DNA from: Gekko japonicus
Lineage: Eukaryota
Assembly (NCBI RefSeq): GCF_001447785.1
Contig: NW_015168654.1
Location: 1,996,031-2,060,030, forward strand
Direction of reading: 5' to 3'
Length of the DNA: 64,000 bases
Shown here piece by piece: positions 1-27,110 of the stretch. The notes below the pieces were generated by a model. It did not search any database. It saw only the letters and a list, made by a program, of their open reading frames with translations, and was not told the DNA's origin. Position 1 is the stretch's first letter, and each line of letters begins with the position of its first letter. A program made the position numbers and the translations under genes.

Positions 1-989
1 TACTATAAAATGCACGTGAATAAGTTTCAATAAAAGTAAGGTTTATATCATTCGTAATATGCTGACCTGAAGAGTGTTCACGCTTTCCTGACTGCAACTT
101 TGCTACGTTAACCAGCACATAAACCCAATATAAATAACAAAGGTTGCCTATTGAATGTATGTAAATGCTAGGGAGTCATTCTGGCAAGAATAACAATTGT
201 GAAGCATTTCGAAATTGCCCCGTAAAAGTATGCAAATGCTGGATTGGAATGTGACTGGAATGACTTATCCGGATGCAGACAAACCACTGGAATGAAGGCA
301 TTCTGACAGAACAACACACAAAGAAATCCACGCCTTTTCCCAAAATACTTTGATTACATGTCTAAATTTAAATCTAGTTAATAGAGACAATAAATGAGAG
401 AATATAAGTGTAGAATGTGTTGTATACTGCTTACATGACGAAATGTGAGGCCTGACTGAACAAGAGAAACATACAACTCAGGAAAGTACTGGTGTAGCAG
501 ATTTTTGTTGTACGTATTGTGTAATCTGTCTTGATTTCCCCCCTGAAATTCTGCCATTTGGAGACAGTCCATCAAAAACAGCTTCTGAGCAGCAAGCCAC
601 CTTTGTTATAATGCTTTCCAATTGTCTTCTGGAAAATTATAATTAAAAATCCCTATAATTATTCTGAAGAGCCAGTACGTCCTAATAGCCCTATCATTCC
701 TTTGAGCATTTTGGCTGGCATTAATCAACTTCTGCCTTGGGGATTTTTATAAGGACCGTCTACCTTGGGACAAGTAAATCAGAAAAAAGGGGAATGCCTC
801 TGAGCTTGTGCAGAGTGCCTTTTCCTCACCACTGCATGATCACTGCCAGTTCCATTTCAGAGAATACAGGTCAGGGTTTGCTTTGAAACGAGGGTCCTGA
901 GATTCGGCAAAGTGGTGACTGAGGTCCAAGGTCAGCACTTTGCAACCCGAAACCCAAACATCAGAAAGTAGTGACAGAGGAAACACAGA

Positions 990-1200
990 AACTAGAAACA
1001 CAGAGCTGGAGGGGATCCCAAGGGTCATCTAGTCCAACCCCCTGCACAATGCAGAAAATTCACAGCTACCTCCCCCCCCCCCCCCCCGACCCCCCCAGTT
1101 CCACTGTGACCCCTGCTCTATGCCCGGAGAAAGGCAAAAAAACTTCAGGTTCCCTGGGCCAATCTGGCCTGGAGGAAAATTCCTTCCTGACCCCTGGGCA
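990..1200 (-). mobile_element. CR1 LINE 3' end fragment
   Basis: agagctggagggga...agggtcatctagtccaacccc...; homologous to the copy at 61502-61700. Confidence 0.6.
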
Positions 1201-1327
1201 TATAAGAAAAGGCCAGGAGAGCAAAGCTCATCCCTTCCTGCCCTCCCTCTCACCTCTCTCATGGAGGAGAAGGAGGAGGAACATTGAGCTATGTGGAGAA
1301 ACACCATTTTAAGGATGTGTTTAAGTT

Positions 1328-1669
1328 GGTGGCTCAAGTGGTTAAGACGCTGAACTGCAGGCTGTGGAAGGTCGGTAGTTCAGCAGTTCGAGACCCGAGT
1401 GTGCCGCATGACGGAGTGAGCTCCCGTCTCTACTTCCAGCGCCTGCCAACCTAGCAGTTCGAAAGCAAGAAACTGCAAGTAGATAAATAGGTACCACTTC
1501 GGTGGGAAGGTAACAGTGTTCCGTGTGCGTTGGCGTTTAGTCATGCCGGCCACATGACCACGGAAACGTCTTCGGACAGCGCTGGCTCTTCGGCTTTGAA
1601 ACGGAGATGAGCACCGCAACCCTAGAGTCGGATTCGACTGGCTTTCGAGCAAGGGAACCTTTACCTTTA
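1328..1669 (+). mobile_element. Sauria SINE, near full length
   Basis: tRNA-like head (gtggctcaagtggttaag ... gttcgagacc), core gccaacctagcagttcgaaagc...gccggccacatgacc, (ACCTTT)n tail. Confidence 0.85.
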
Positions 1670-3567
1670 AGTTGGTGTGGGCTGGATAGGAGGAGCCCAT
1701 CAAACTTGAGGTAGGCCTCGGCCTAGTCTCCTCCTCATCCCCCCCTCCTCCTGTCTCCAACCAGTAGTCTGAGGGCAGCTGCCTAGAGCGGACAGGAAGT
1801 CCATCATGGTGGTGAGGAGATCTGCCCCAGAATGCTACAGGAGGGAGAGCCAGTTCGTGGATGGGAAACTGCTGTTTGAGATAGGGGAGTTTGGGGCGGG
1901 AAGCCAGTTCAGTCTGTGAGAAGTCTGAAGCCAGTCGGACAGTGGGATGGAGTCTGCAGGAGGCAGAGGCCATTGTGGGAGACATGCTGATCCCACTTTC
2001 TCCAATGAATGAAACGAAGTGATGTGCCTGCCCTGCATACAATCTAGACAGGGCATGAGTGTAGAGAAGGGAGAGATGGAGCGGCTTTGTCGCCTTTATT
2101 CTGATGCTTCCGTTCACTGTGGAGATGCCTGTAAATAGTTAAAAGTTTTCAAATAAATCCTTTAACTGTTGATGGTGAGAAGTCCTTCTGTACCACGTAG
2201 TTCCCCCAGCCACTTGGACACGCTAGGGGTGGGCTGGGGACTCCCTGAGGAGGAGAACCAGGGCAAAGGGTCAGTTGCCAACTCTCCACGGGAGCCCCAA
2301 AGATTCCCAGGAAGCCCCAAGGTGGGTTCCTAATAAGACCGGAGGGAGGTTAGGAGGCTGTCCCGCCTAACCAGAGCCCAAGACAGGGACAGTGGTGGCA
2401 GCAATACCCGGAGGCAGTGGAGAAAAACTGCCCCTTCAGGTGCCAGGTCAGGCAAAGGAGGGGTGGGCAGAGCGGGGCCTGCCAGCTGACACGGGCCCGT
2501 TCCACCACAAGCTACAGGGTACATTTCAGCTTGAGAATACCTAAAGAGCTTGAGGACAGCTACAGGAATAGGATTCCTTGCCTAGCAGTCTGTGAGGCTT
2601 ACCAGCCTGCTGGGTCCTTAGTAACCCAGAGCAGGCAAGCTGCAGGCTTTTGGCTAACCCACTCAGTCCCTCTTGCAGATCAGCCACAGGAGGCAGAGGG
2701 CTCGATGGAAGGGGAAGGAGCAGCTGAAGCAGATCCCAGCCCACAGTCAGCTACACACCAGCCTGCCCCCAGAAGGTACTGCTACTCTGGCAAATAAGGA
2801 GCTACCGTCCAATAGCAGCATGCCGGGCCCAGCCGGCTGTCCATGCCCATGATTCAAGAACAGGCAGTGGCCCACCATCCACCTCTCCTCCTCCATCTCC
2901 AGAGCTGCTGGAGCACAGAAGGAGGAGGTGGTTCGGGGTGAAATACTGGAAAGAAGACGGGGTGCGTGTTTGGCAGCCCAGAGACACCTGAATCTAATTA
3001 GTAATGGCCCACACTGGCCTGATGCAGCCCAGCCGTGAAACAAACGTCTCGGGTATAAAGGATGGAGAGAGAGATCGGCTGTGGAAGCAAAGAGCCAAAC
3101 TGACGTTGACCCCGCTGCCACTGATCCTCCTGTCTCTACCTTGCGCCTGTGACCCATTGGACTGTTTCTGGACTTCGACTTTTGGGCTTGCCTTGAACCT
3201 GCTCTTGTGACAACCCTCTGACTCTGTGTGTGACCTAAGGACTGAATTCTGACCATGCTGAACCAGTAGAACCTCCCCTTTGCCTTGCTTGAACAGCAAT
3301 GCCTATGAACCACCCAACGCCCAGGGGGACCTCAGACAGCCACCCAATTCTTATCCTAAATCGCACACATACCATCTCCCAACAGAGCCTTTCATACTGG
3401 TTGCCAGAGCCATTCCCAGCATTGATCAGCATCCCCTTTTGGCCATTACCAAGAGTTTGCAAGGGGGGGGAACTTGGCTGCCACTAGGGAGCTCTTGAGC
3501 CCACCTGCCCAGGTCAGAGAGTGCAGGTGGCAGGAAGGTGGTCCAGGCTGTTCCCTCCCTCTTTTAC

Positions 3568-17775
<14,208 letters not shown>

Positions 17776-18019
17776 TCAGGCTTTCTCCCCTCACTCTCTA
17801 CCCGGCTTCTTCCCCTCTTGTTCAGCTTTCCTCCCTCTGTCTCCCTGGCTTCCCTGCTTGCCACTTGCTGCTCCCTTGGCCTACCTCAGGTGGTTTTCTT
17901 CACTCCCGTAAGTTCTTTCTACCCACCCAAACTTGCTTCTCTTCCTCCTTGGGCCTCTCTCACTCCCTCCCGTTCAGCCAGCCTCTCACTCCTGACCCTC
18001 GAGCCCTGTCCTGGGGTCC

Positions 18020-18135
18020 ATAAGGCTATTTTTAGCAGCAGGCCTAGGTCACGTGACCCCCATGGAATCCCAGCTGCCATTTTTGTCCCAGTGTTCGGGA
18101 GGACAAGGCAACAGCTGTCAGCAGCATCAGGTGAC
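18020..18135 (-). promoter_or_regulatory. TRIM54 muscle promoter: MEF2 site, CLEAR/USF palindrome, myogenic E-boxes
   Basis: CTATTTTTAG (reverse complement CTAAAAATAG, MEF2 consensus) at 18026-18035; GGTCACGTGACC at 18047-18058; CAGCTG at 18071-18076 and 18112-18117; all 360-450 bp upstream of the ATG. Confidence 0.7.
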
Positions 18136-18533
18136 ACTTAGTCATTTTCCCCCAACGGCCTATGACAACTTCTGAAGACTGTGGGGAGGGGGGCGCTGGC
18201 TCAGTCGGAGCAAGGCTGTACGAGGTTCCCAAGGATGTAAACCAAGGATTGGTCCCACGTCCTGGTCTTAAATTCAAACCTGACTCTGCCAAGAACTCCC
18301 ACCCCCCCCCCCCCCACTGGATTTTGGAGACTGAAATACAAGAGTCACATCAGAACTACAGCAGAGACTTTAGAAATTAATAAAGCAAGTCCATCGTGTG
18401 CAGAAGGAATCCAAAGTACAGACACATGCTCGCTGTCTGTCTCCTCTGAATCTTACCAAATGGATCAGTTTTTCCATAAATAGCCTGAGTTGCATAATCC
18501 TGATTATTGGGCTTGCCATGCCCTGCATTGTCT

Positions 18534-18800
18534 TCCAGTTTGGTGTAGTGGTTAAGAGCAGCAGACTCTAATCTGGAGAGCCAGGGTTGATTCCCCACTC
18601 CTCCACATGCAGCTGCTGGGTGACCTTGGGCAAGCCACTGTTCTCTCAGAGCTGTTCTCTCAAGAGCAGTTCTCTCAGAGCTCTCTCAGCCCCACCTACC
18701 TCACAGGGTATCTGTTGTGAGGAGAGAAAGGGAAGGAGATTGTAAACCACTCTGAGACTCCCAAGTGAAGAGCGGGGTATAAATCCAACTTTTCTTCTTC
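18534..18800 (+). mobile_element. Squam3-type tRNA-derived SINE (gecko-like)
   Basis: tggtgtagtggttaagagc (box A), gggttgattcccc (box B), ctacctcacaggg core, (TCT)n tail. Confidence 0.8.
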
Positions 18801-19883
18801 CACTGCTTGCAAACCAAACTGCAGCAATGACAATTCAGTTCAGGGTGAACTCAAGTTCTTTCCCCCCCCTGCACTAATGTTTTTACGGTATCCAATTGGT
18901 AACTGAAATTTCCTTGTATACTAATAAAAATGTAAAAAACACAACCCTAGCATACAACATGTATTCGCAATATATATAATATAAACAAACAATACAGTAT
19001 CCAGAGGACGTTTATTTGCCTCTGTATCACCAAGTTCTATTTAAAAGGAGATCTTAAAATGGAAGATCTCACATTCTTTTCTGAAGGCAGATGATGCAGG
19101 GCTCTAACCTAAATGTTTTCAAGAGGGACTTACAGTGGGGTCACCACAAAAAAAGAACATGCTGGAAAAAAACATTGGCTAGCCGCTAAAGCAAGGTCTC
19201 TTCACGTGATCTTACCTGAATGGATAGGTGTTCACCAGGCTCCTATTGGAAGTGGTGAAAGAGTCCCATATCCCAGAGACCACTTAGCAGGGATGCAAGG
19301 AAATCCGAGTTCATTCACAGCAGTGTGAGACTTCTGCTGTTTGAAAACTTAAGGTTTTTTTGTTTATAAAAAGCACTACATTTCAAAAGCTTTCAGCAAA
19401 GATATGAAAAAGGTTTTGGTCTTGAAAAGATTACAACTGATTTGGATCCAGGTAGATTTCCCCCCCACTCAGTTGCACCCTCTTTACTACAGGTCCCACC
19501 CCACATAGCTTTTGTATGTACAGATCCTAAGATCCCCAGCATAGCCTTTTTTAGTGGTCAAAGGGGACCCTTGTCCCTTCCTTTTTTCACCAGCAGAACT
19601 GCTGGTTAATTCCCACCAAATACAAAGTAAACGTGAACACCTGGTGAAACAGTACTCTTGTCACCGTCACATACCTGAGACTAATCTAAGGTAGCCAGGT
19701 CCCCAGCATCCCAGACACGGAGACTCCTGGGGGCAGGGTCTGGTGATGTCACACTGAACAGCCGTACTAATGGTTGTACTTCCAGAAGCCACTAGGAATT
19801 GTGCCAAGAAAAATGTGGCTTTGAATGGACGGGCTAGTCACACACACAAATAATATGGAAATTAACTATGTGGTAAAATGTCA

Positions 19884-20000
19884 AGGATGAGATGGTTAGA
19901 CAGTGTCATAGATGCAACGAACATGAAATTGAGCCAACTTCAGAGGATGGTGGAAGACAGGGAGAGTTGGACCCGACTGTGCGACTGAACAACAACAACA
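19884..20000 (+). mobile_element. Short BovB/RTE 3' fragment
   Basis: Near-identical to 21895-22047 with an internal deletion; (CAA)n tail; flanked by aaaatgtcaag / aaaaagtcaag (TSD-like). Confidence 0.8.
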
Positions 20001-21244
20001 AAAAAGTCAAGTATTGGCAGTGTGTGCCAGGTTATTGCATCTCATGACAAACACTCATATGCAGTCATTGCCACAAGCTGCACAGATCATAGACATAAGG
20101 TTTACCATCTGACACCTTGTTAGACTGTCACACCAAAAGGGACAGAGACTGGGAAAGTCAGACAGCTAGATAGTATTTTCTACCACTTGAGGAAAGAAAA
20201 TCAGGATTGATTCCTGAAGGGCACAGACTCCCAAGGGGAAATCATAAATTCTCAGGACATAAACTCTCTGTGCCCCTTGTTCGTCTGTCTCGAATAGACC
20301 CAAGTCATAAAGGACTAAACCTTTACCTTGGGACTCCAGCTTGACCACATGATTTATTAATTTTTTTATTTTTCAAATTTATACCCCGCCCTCCCCAATA
20401 GGCTCAGGGCGGCTGAAAGAACTAAGGAAATGAAGGACCTGGCGGTAAGAGGAAGGGTTATCACACTGGGCAGAGGCCTGGGATGGCAGCAGGGCTTTTC
20501 CAGTCGCCTTCAATCTGAGGGAATGGGGCTTGTGAGAAACCATTCCTTCACAGAGGGCCTTTATAAAAACTGGTGATTTCTCGATTACTGACAGGGTATC
20601 TTGGATGTAGAGGGTAGCCTTGTTGGTCTGTAGCAGAACAGCTCAATTTGAGTTCAGGAGCCCCTTAAGGACCAACAAGATTTTCAGGCTGTAAGTTTTC
20701 AAGAGTCAAAGCTTGGACAAAGTTGCTGCTGGACTTGAATCTAGCTATTATAAGGATCTGTTGTCACAATCTCATAATTCCCACCATTTTCAAAACGAAG
20801 TCTCTAGTCCTTTTGGTTGCGGAGCTATAGAGATTTTGAAAGAACTGCCAAATATGTGGGGAAGCTGACAGCCCCAAGATTTCAATTTGCCGCCCAGATG
20901 AGTATGCAAACCTGAACCTCAGGGCCAAATCCTGAAGATCAAACCAGTGGATCAAATCAGGACCTCTAGGGAGTGCACTCAAATTTAAAATCTTCTTCCT
21001 TGGCATCTCTACAGACAGCCACTTAACTCACAACTGTTATCTTAACTCACAGCTAAGAAAGAAAGAAATACAATTAATACTGGGCCAGTTCCAGCTCTTG
21101 ACATGCTTCATGAGGATAATTAAATAGTCCGATGCCAATTTGAATGAGCGTGATAGATTAACCCACACACTCAAGCCAAAAGGGGGGGGGAATCCAAATG
21201 CCTTAGCGATGGAATGACTGGATATAGGGAAATCTGAAGGAAGG

Positions 21245-21485
21245 AAGAGAGCTGGCCTAGTGTAACAGAGTGTTGGACTAGGGTCCGTCTGGGAGACATG
21301 GGTTCGAATTCCCCACTGCCATGGAAGCTTGCTGGGTGACCCTGGGCCAGTCATGCGCTCTCATTCTAACCTACCTCACAGGGCTATTTTTGTGAGGATA
21401 AAATGGAGGAGAGGAGAACAATGTAAACTGCCACTGGGTCCCCACCGAGGAGGAAGGCGGGATGTAAATGAAGTAACAAAATAAA
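21245..21485 (+). mobile_element. Squam3-related tRNA SINE
   Basis: ggttcgaattcccc box B; ctaacctacctcacaggg core. Confidence 0.7.
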
Positions 21486-21819
21486 GGGGTATAACAAACA
21501 TATATGGACTCTGCGGAAACCACCCACCAAAAGTCTGTGATGACCCTCTAGCCTAACCTACCTCACAGGCTCAGGTGGGGCAACCATGTTGGTCTGAAGC
21601 AGCAGAACAAAGTTTGAGTCCAGAGGCACCTTCAAGACCAACAAAGTTTAATTCTGGGTATAAGCTTTTGTGTGCATGCACACTTCTTCAGATACAGTGA
21701 AACAATTTCCTCAACCATTACATATAGCTGGGGGGGGGGGCTAGTTGCCAGGAAGGGCTAGTTAGAGCCAAGATGCATAAGTAACTGGGCAATTATAGCT
21801 GAGATTGGATTAAGGCGGT

Positions 21820-22047
21820 TGGTAAGAAGGGAGCACTCACTGGAAAAGACCCTGATGCTGGGAAAGATTGAAGGTCAAAGAAGACGGGGACGGCAAAGGA
21901 TGAGATGGTTAGACAGTGTCATCGATGCAACGAACATGAAGTTGAGCCAACTTCAGAGGATGGCGGAAGACCGGAAGGCCTGGCGAGAGTTCGTCCATGG
22001 GGTCGCGAAGAGTCGGACTCGACTGTGCGACTGAACAACAACAACAA
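21820..22047 (+). mobile_element. BovB/RTE LINE 3' fragment
   Basis: SLEKTLMLGKIEGQRRRGRQRMRWLD...AWR..VHGVAKSRTRL.D* then (CAA)n tail. Confidence 0.9.
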
Positions 22048-22115
22048 GATCTGTGAATGGCAGCGAATGAGCATACGAATACAAGAGTCAACCAACAGAT
22101 GTGAGAAAAAAGCCT

Positions 22116-22313
22116 GAGTCCAGTGGCACCTCCAAGATAACAAAGTTCAATTCTGGGTATAAGCGAGAACTGAGAGACTTCGCATGTGTAGATGCACACA
22201 CCTTCGTTGAAACAGATGACCTCAGACGTTACATACAGGTAGGGGGGTACGTCTCTCAGTTCTCGCTTATACCTAGAATTGAACTTTGTTACCTTGGAGG
22301 TGCCACTGGACTC
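22116..22313. repeat. Penelope-type inverted repeat (63-bp arms, 72-bp spacer)
   Basis: 22116-22178 is the reverse complement of 22251-22313 with 2 mismatches; arms carry the gagtccagtggcacc..aag..aacaaag motif also seen at 4690, 6175, 6675, 16575 and 21615. Confidence 0.75.
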
Positions 22314-22394
22314 GAATTTTGTTCTCGCATCTCCAGTGACACCTTTCTAGGGGTCAAAGATCCACCCTTGCCAACACCTGTGCATGCATCTAAA

Positions 22395-22875
22395 GAGCAC
22401 TTCGGTCGGGGTCGCAACACCAGCTGGTGACCCCAGGCCCTAGGGAGGCCAAGCTTGTGGCAACAAGGGCCAGGTCTTTCTCAGTGGCGGCTCCTACCTG
22501 GTGGAATGAGCTCCCAGAGGAGATCAGGGCCCTGCGGGACCTTATCCAGTTCCGCAGGGCCTGCAAGATGGAGCTCTTCCGCCAGGCTTATGAGTAGGAG
22601 CTGCCACGGCCACTGCCACCACCGCTTCTTTATTGAGAGAGACCACTGGGCGGGTGGGGTAAAGTCTTCCATCACCCCAGTCTTCCCCCCCTGTGTGCAA
22701 GATGTTAGGAGCCTATTTATGCATATGTAGAACTGGTTTTAAATCGTTTTAATCTTGTATTTATATTTGTAATTTGTATACTGAATGCACCTGGTGCCTT
22801 ATGTGAGCCGCCCTGAGCCCGTTCGCGGGGAGGGCGGGGGTATAAATGTCATAAAATAATAAATAAATAAATAAT
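22395..22875 (+). mobile_element. L2 LINE 3' fragment
   Basis: Homologous to 10955-11478; ends gtgagccgccctgagcc...(TAAA)n. Confidence 0.85.
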
Positions 22876-23515
22876 CATCTATCAGTCTTAACCCAGGTCT
22901 TCATTTTGAACTGAGATTGCCGGATGAGAACAGAGAAAGCAGCACTGATCATAACAGAACAAGCATCTCTCTGGCGAAAGAAACTGGATGGTGCCAAAAA
23001 CCCAGCCAATGGGAGAGTGCCAGACTGAAGCCTTACCGGAACACCTGGCCTTTGGCATAAAGGCCTGTATCCTACCGCACTGCTCAGCAAAGTCAGAAGC
23101 CTTCCTCCAACCAAAGAGCACCTTAAGTGAGAAGAAGCTGCCTTGGGCCAGAGGAACTTCCTCCAGCTTGAAGTAAGGCACCACCCCAAATGCATTTGGA
23201 AACTCAGAGGCATTCATGCAGTCATCACAAGAGTCATTCCAAGCAGCCTTATAAGCAAAACAGAGATGCTGCGTGCCATTGTTCCTGGTCAGCACAATGC
23301 AAACATGTGCAGTGGCTCAGTCCCATCCTATAAACCAGGACATTCCTAAATGACTGGTCTTCCTCACAGGAAGCAGCTTGGGAGACAACACTCCAGCTTA
23401 AGCACACAGAAGAATAAACGAGCCAACCAAGATCACTACAGCACTTGAAGTGTTCAAAGCATTTTGCGTACCTCAGCAACCCTTACAACTGCCTTGCAAG
23501 GTAGGCAGCTATTCC

Positions 23516-23798
23516 CAGGGGTCATTTTGTAGAAAAAGAGGTGCAGGAGCTCATTAGCATATCATTATTGGCTCGACCAATGGAGGGACAATCTCATGCA
23601 TGCACGCTCTCTCCCATACGAAGCAGAAACAGGAAGCAGGAGGAAGGGGTTGAGGGAACTGGGCAAAAAGAGCTGCGATATGCCTACAGCCACCACCATA
23701 TGTGCCCGCTCCTGGGCTTGTTACTCCCGGAGCGCCATTCCTGNNNNNNNNNNNNNNNNNNNNNNNNNNNNNCTCGTTCCCACTTGAAATGACCCCTG
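23516..23798. mobile_element. hAT-type MITE spanning a small gap
   Basis: Perfect 12-bp TIRs CAGGGGTCATTT / AAATGACCCCTG; no TSD visible. Confidence 0.65.
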
Positions 23799-26649
23799 GG
23801 GGTGGGGGCTGATGGAGAGAGAGGGGCTGGCCTAAAGCCACATAAATTAGCTTATGGCTGGGGAGGGAATTTGAACTCAGGACTTAATTTATAAGATTCA
23901 TTTATCTGCCTGCCTTTCTCTTGAGCATCTCAGGACCCAAGGCTGGTAGACAGATTTTCTCTACACCTCTGGACAGGAGCATGTCACAGTGGAGCTTCTG
24001 TATACCACCAGCTTCTTATTTCCTTCTGGGCGGGATGCCAATGGCTTGTGATGGGACACGGACTTTGCCCACAACCTTTACCCATGTCCCTGGATGCTGT
24101 TGGCAGAGGCCCTGCCTCAGTCCAGTCTGCTTGTCAGCTACACGTGGTTTGGACTGTCCACGTGGCTCTCTCAGTCCAGCGCAAGACACACCACTCAGAT
24201 TTTGATTTCATACTGGGATGGGTGCAGCAGATCCAGACGCAGTGAAATTGAAGGGAGTTGCTGGCTTGGGTATAAAGACTGGGGTGGGGTCCGACCACAC
24301 GCCATCCCTACAAGGCAGGAAGAACAGCCCTTTGCAAATATATTGGAGATGTTTCACATTGCAGGGAACATTCACAACCAGACCTCCCCACACCATCCTA
24401 GCTAAAGCCTCCTGTTTCCTAGATGGAACTTGCAAACCCCCCCCCCCACACACACACTTTGGTTATATTTAGGCCGTGAGGCAGGATCTGGCATCTGCTG
24501 CAAGGACAAGCAGAACAGACTGGAGTTAAAATAACAATGACCACCACCACCAACAACAACAACCCCTGTGGATTGCTGGAGTGCTCTTCCTTTGTGCGTC
24601 CAGAGTCACATACAATGTTGAGGCTTCCTGTGCTTTATGACAGCTGTGTCCAATTCCCTTCCTACTTTTGTGTGGCCTAGCCCAGGCATAAGCAAAAGAA
24701 GAGTCTCCTGCCTGGCATTGGGAGTCTCCCTGGACCACGAGCGAGGGAAGGGATAGCTCACTACAGCACACCCCATATGCAGTCTTAGCTGTGGAGCAAC
24801 CAGTTGCTCTGGAGCCCATGCTGGAGGGGGCACTGGGTCCTCCTCTGTCCCTCATCATCACTGCCTGCAGACTCAGGGCTGTGCCATGCACTGGCCAGAA
24901 ATCAGCCACCAGGGAGGCAGTGCTCTAATTACTACCCTCGCTGCCACACTCAGTGATTATGAGGCCTCATCCTTGACTCTTGCCCATGGTCCTGGAACCC
25001 CTGAGACCACCATAGCACATCCAAATCCACAGCATCATGAGCCATTCCCTGCTCCAAAACTGCAGCCACACCACAGGCCCAGAAATTTCTCAGAGGTCAA
25101 AGAAGAGTCAAGTGCTGGGATCCTGTTTTCTAAGCGGAGACTCAACCCTGAAGGGAAGGGAAGAACTTGTCTCACAAACCTGGATGGGCCATTGGCCTGA
25201 TCCAACAGTGGCTTCTCTTATGCTCTTATGACTGCTCAGCAATTTCATGGAGTGCCCACGAATTCTTGTATTGCGAGAAAGGGAGAAAAGTACTTCTTTC
25301 TCTACCTGCTGTATCCCATGCACAGACTTGTTGATCAGAGGATACTTGAAATGTGACGTACATGTTCCCAATAGCTAATACATTGATGCACCTACCAATT
25401 TTATGTCAGGGTTTTTGTTTTTCTGGTTTATTTTTGGCGACCCCGTGGGGTTTTCCAGGCAAGAGACAAACAGAGGTGGTTTGCCATTGGCTGCCTCTGC
25501 ATAGTGACCTTGGACTTCCGTGGTGGCCTCCCCTCCAAGTACTAACCAGGGCTGGCTGACCCTGCTTAGCTTCCATGTTCTGATGAAATCAAGCTAGCCT
25601 GGGCTGTCCAGGTCAGGGCTATGTAAGTTCACTCAAAAGTAAGTCTTCGTGGTGTCCATAAGCAGCAGACATTCCATTTGCAGCAACTAAGCATTATGCC
25701 TCTTATGCATCAATTAGGCACCCAGGACTTTAAGAGCAGTTTGGCCTCCGGAAATCTGCCAGGGAGAGAAGCTTTGCAGAAGCTAGAGTTACCAACTTCC
25801 AGGCAGAACCTGGAGATCTCCTGCTCTGACAACTGATCTCCAGACTACAGAGCTCAGTTCCCCTGGAGAAAATGGCTGCTTCGGAGGGTGAAGTCTCTGG
25901 CAGTGTACCTTGCTGAGGTATCTCCCCTCCCTAAACCCTTCTCCAAGCTCCCCCCTCCTAAAAAAAATCCCCAGGTATTTCTCAGCCCAGAGTTGGCAAC
26001 CCTATTCAAAACATGCAGATTAGTGCAATCACCCGCTAATGTCTGCAGATCCACGTGAAAGACACAGAAGCAGGAGCTGGTTTTAGAACCAACCACAACA
26101 ACTTGGCAATCCTGTCTGGAAAATGCTGGAAACATCCCTCAAAAGGACAGCAAGTCAACTTTCTGGAGCATCCTCTAATATCGGCAAAAAACAAAAACAA
26201 AAAACCAAAATAAATATCCAGGACATTCCGTGTTCAATCATTTGCAAAGCCAAAAATTAGAGGAGCAAGACAAGATTTTGGCCCGCTTGGCCCTCCATAA
26301 CTGGAAACTAGCACAGTTTGCCTCTCGCCCCCAAAAGTTCTAGCGCACCTGGGAAAAAATGCAAGAAAACTCTGGGATCAATAAATATTTATTATGTCGT
26401 CCACAATATTTGGACTGTGAATGTAAGCATGGCCTAATGCCAGCAAAGTGAGAAATCTCTTGGCCTGCCTCGCAGACCAATTGAACTTGATATCTGCCTG
26501 TTAAACTAAACAATGAAAGAAAGGGGGGGGGGGGGGAAGAACAGAAAAGACACACTCCCATTCTACATGAAAATGGCTCCCAAGATTCATTGGTGCAAAC
26601 TGTTGCAGCAAAAACTCCCTGCTGGGCTCAACAGCTCAGAACACAGCAC

Positions 26650-27110
26650 TCCAGTATTGTGTCAACAGCACAGGTTACCTGTTTGCTTCCTGGTCCAATT
26701 CAAAGGGCCGGTCATGAACTTCAGAGCTCTTTGTGGCCTGTGGAGGCTCGGAAAGTATGAAGGCGTCTCCTGGTATAATCCCACACGCCAGTTACGTTCC
26801 TCGGACTGCCTTCTCCTTGTCGTGCCTTTCCTAGGACCAGGTTGTGGGCTCTCGGAGAGGCCCAGTCCTCTAGAACAAGCTTAGCAGAACGCAGCAGGAG
26901 GACACCTTCGTTGACTCCGTTTAGAAAGGAGGGCAAGACAGTCCTGTTTTGTAGAGGACACGGAACTGTTCTGGCAGTTTTACCTCTGTTTTTAAGTCCG
27001 CAAGTGTTTTTATTTGTTAATGGATATTTTATGTCCTCACAACTTCTTGTTGCGCAGTTAACTACCTCGAACTGAAGGACATAAGGTGGGACAGGTATTT
27101 TAAATAAATA
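26650..27110 (+). mobile_element. Degraded L2 LINE fragment
   Basis: HRLPVCF.VQFK...YNPTRQLRSSD..LLVVP remnant motifs. Confidence 0.55.

Noticed and set aside
1-800. Possible TRIM54 exon 4 or an old LINE remnant
   Set aside because: I found no match to the expected coiled-coil exon, and the LINE-like impression rests on no clear motif.
1380-2117. 245-aa minus-strand ORF
   Set aside because: Its C-terminal part is the antisense reading of a Sauria SINE (the same peptide recurs at 7519-7761); no protein family match.
18538-18605. tRNA gene
   Set aside because: The box A/B head continues into a SINE body and tail; no complete cloverleaf.
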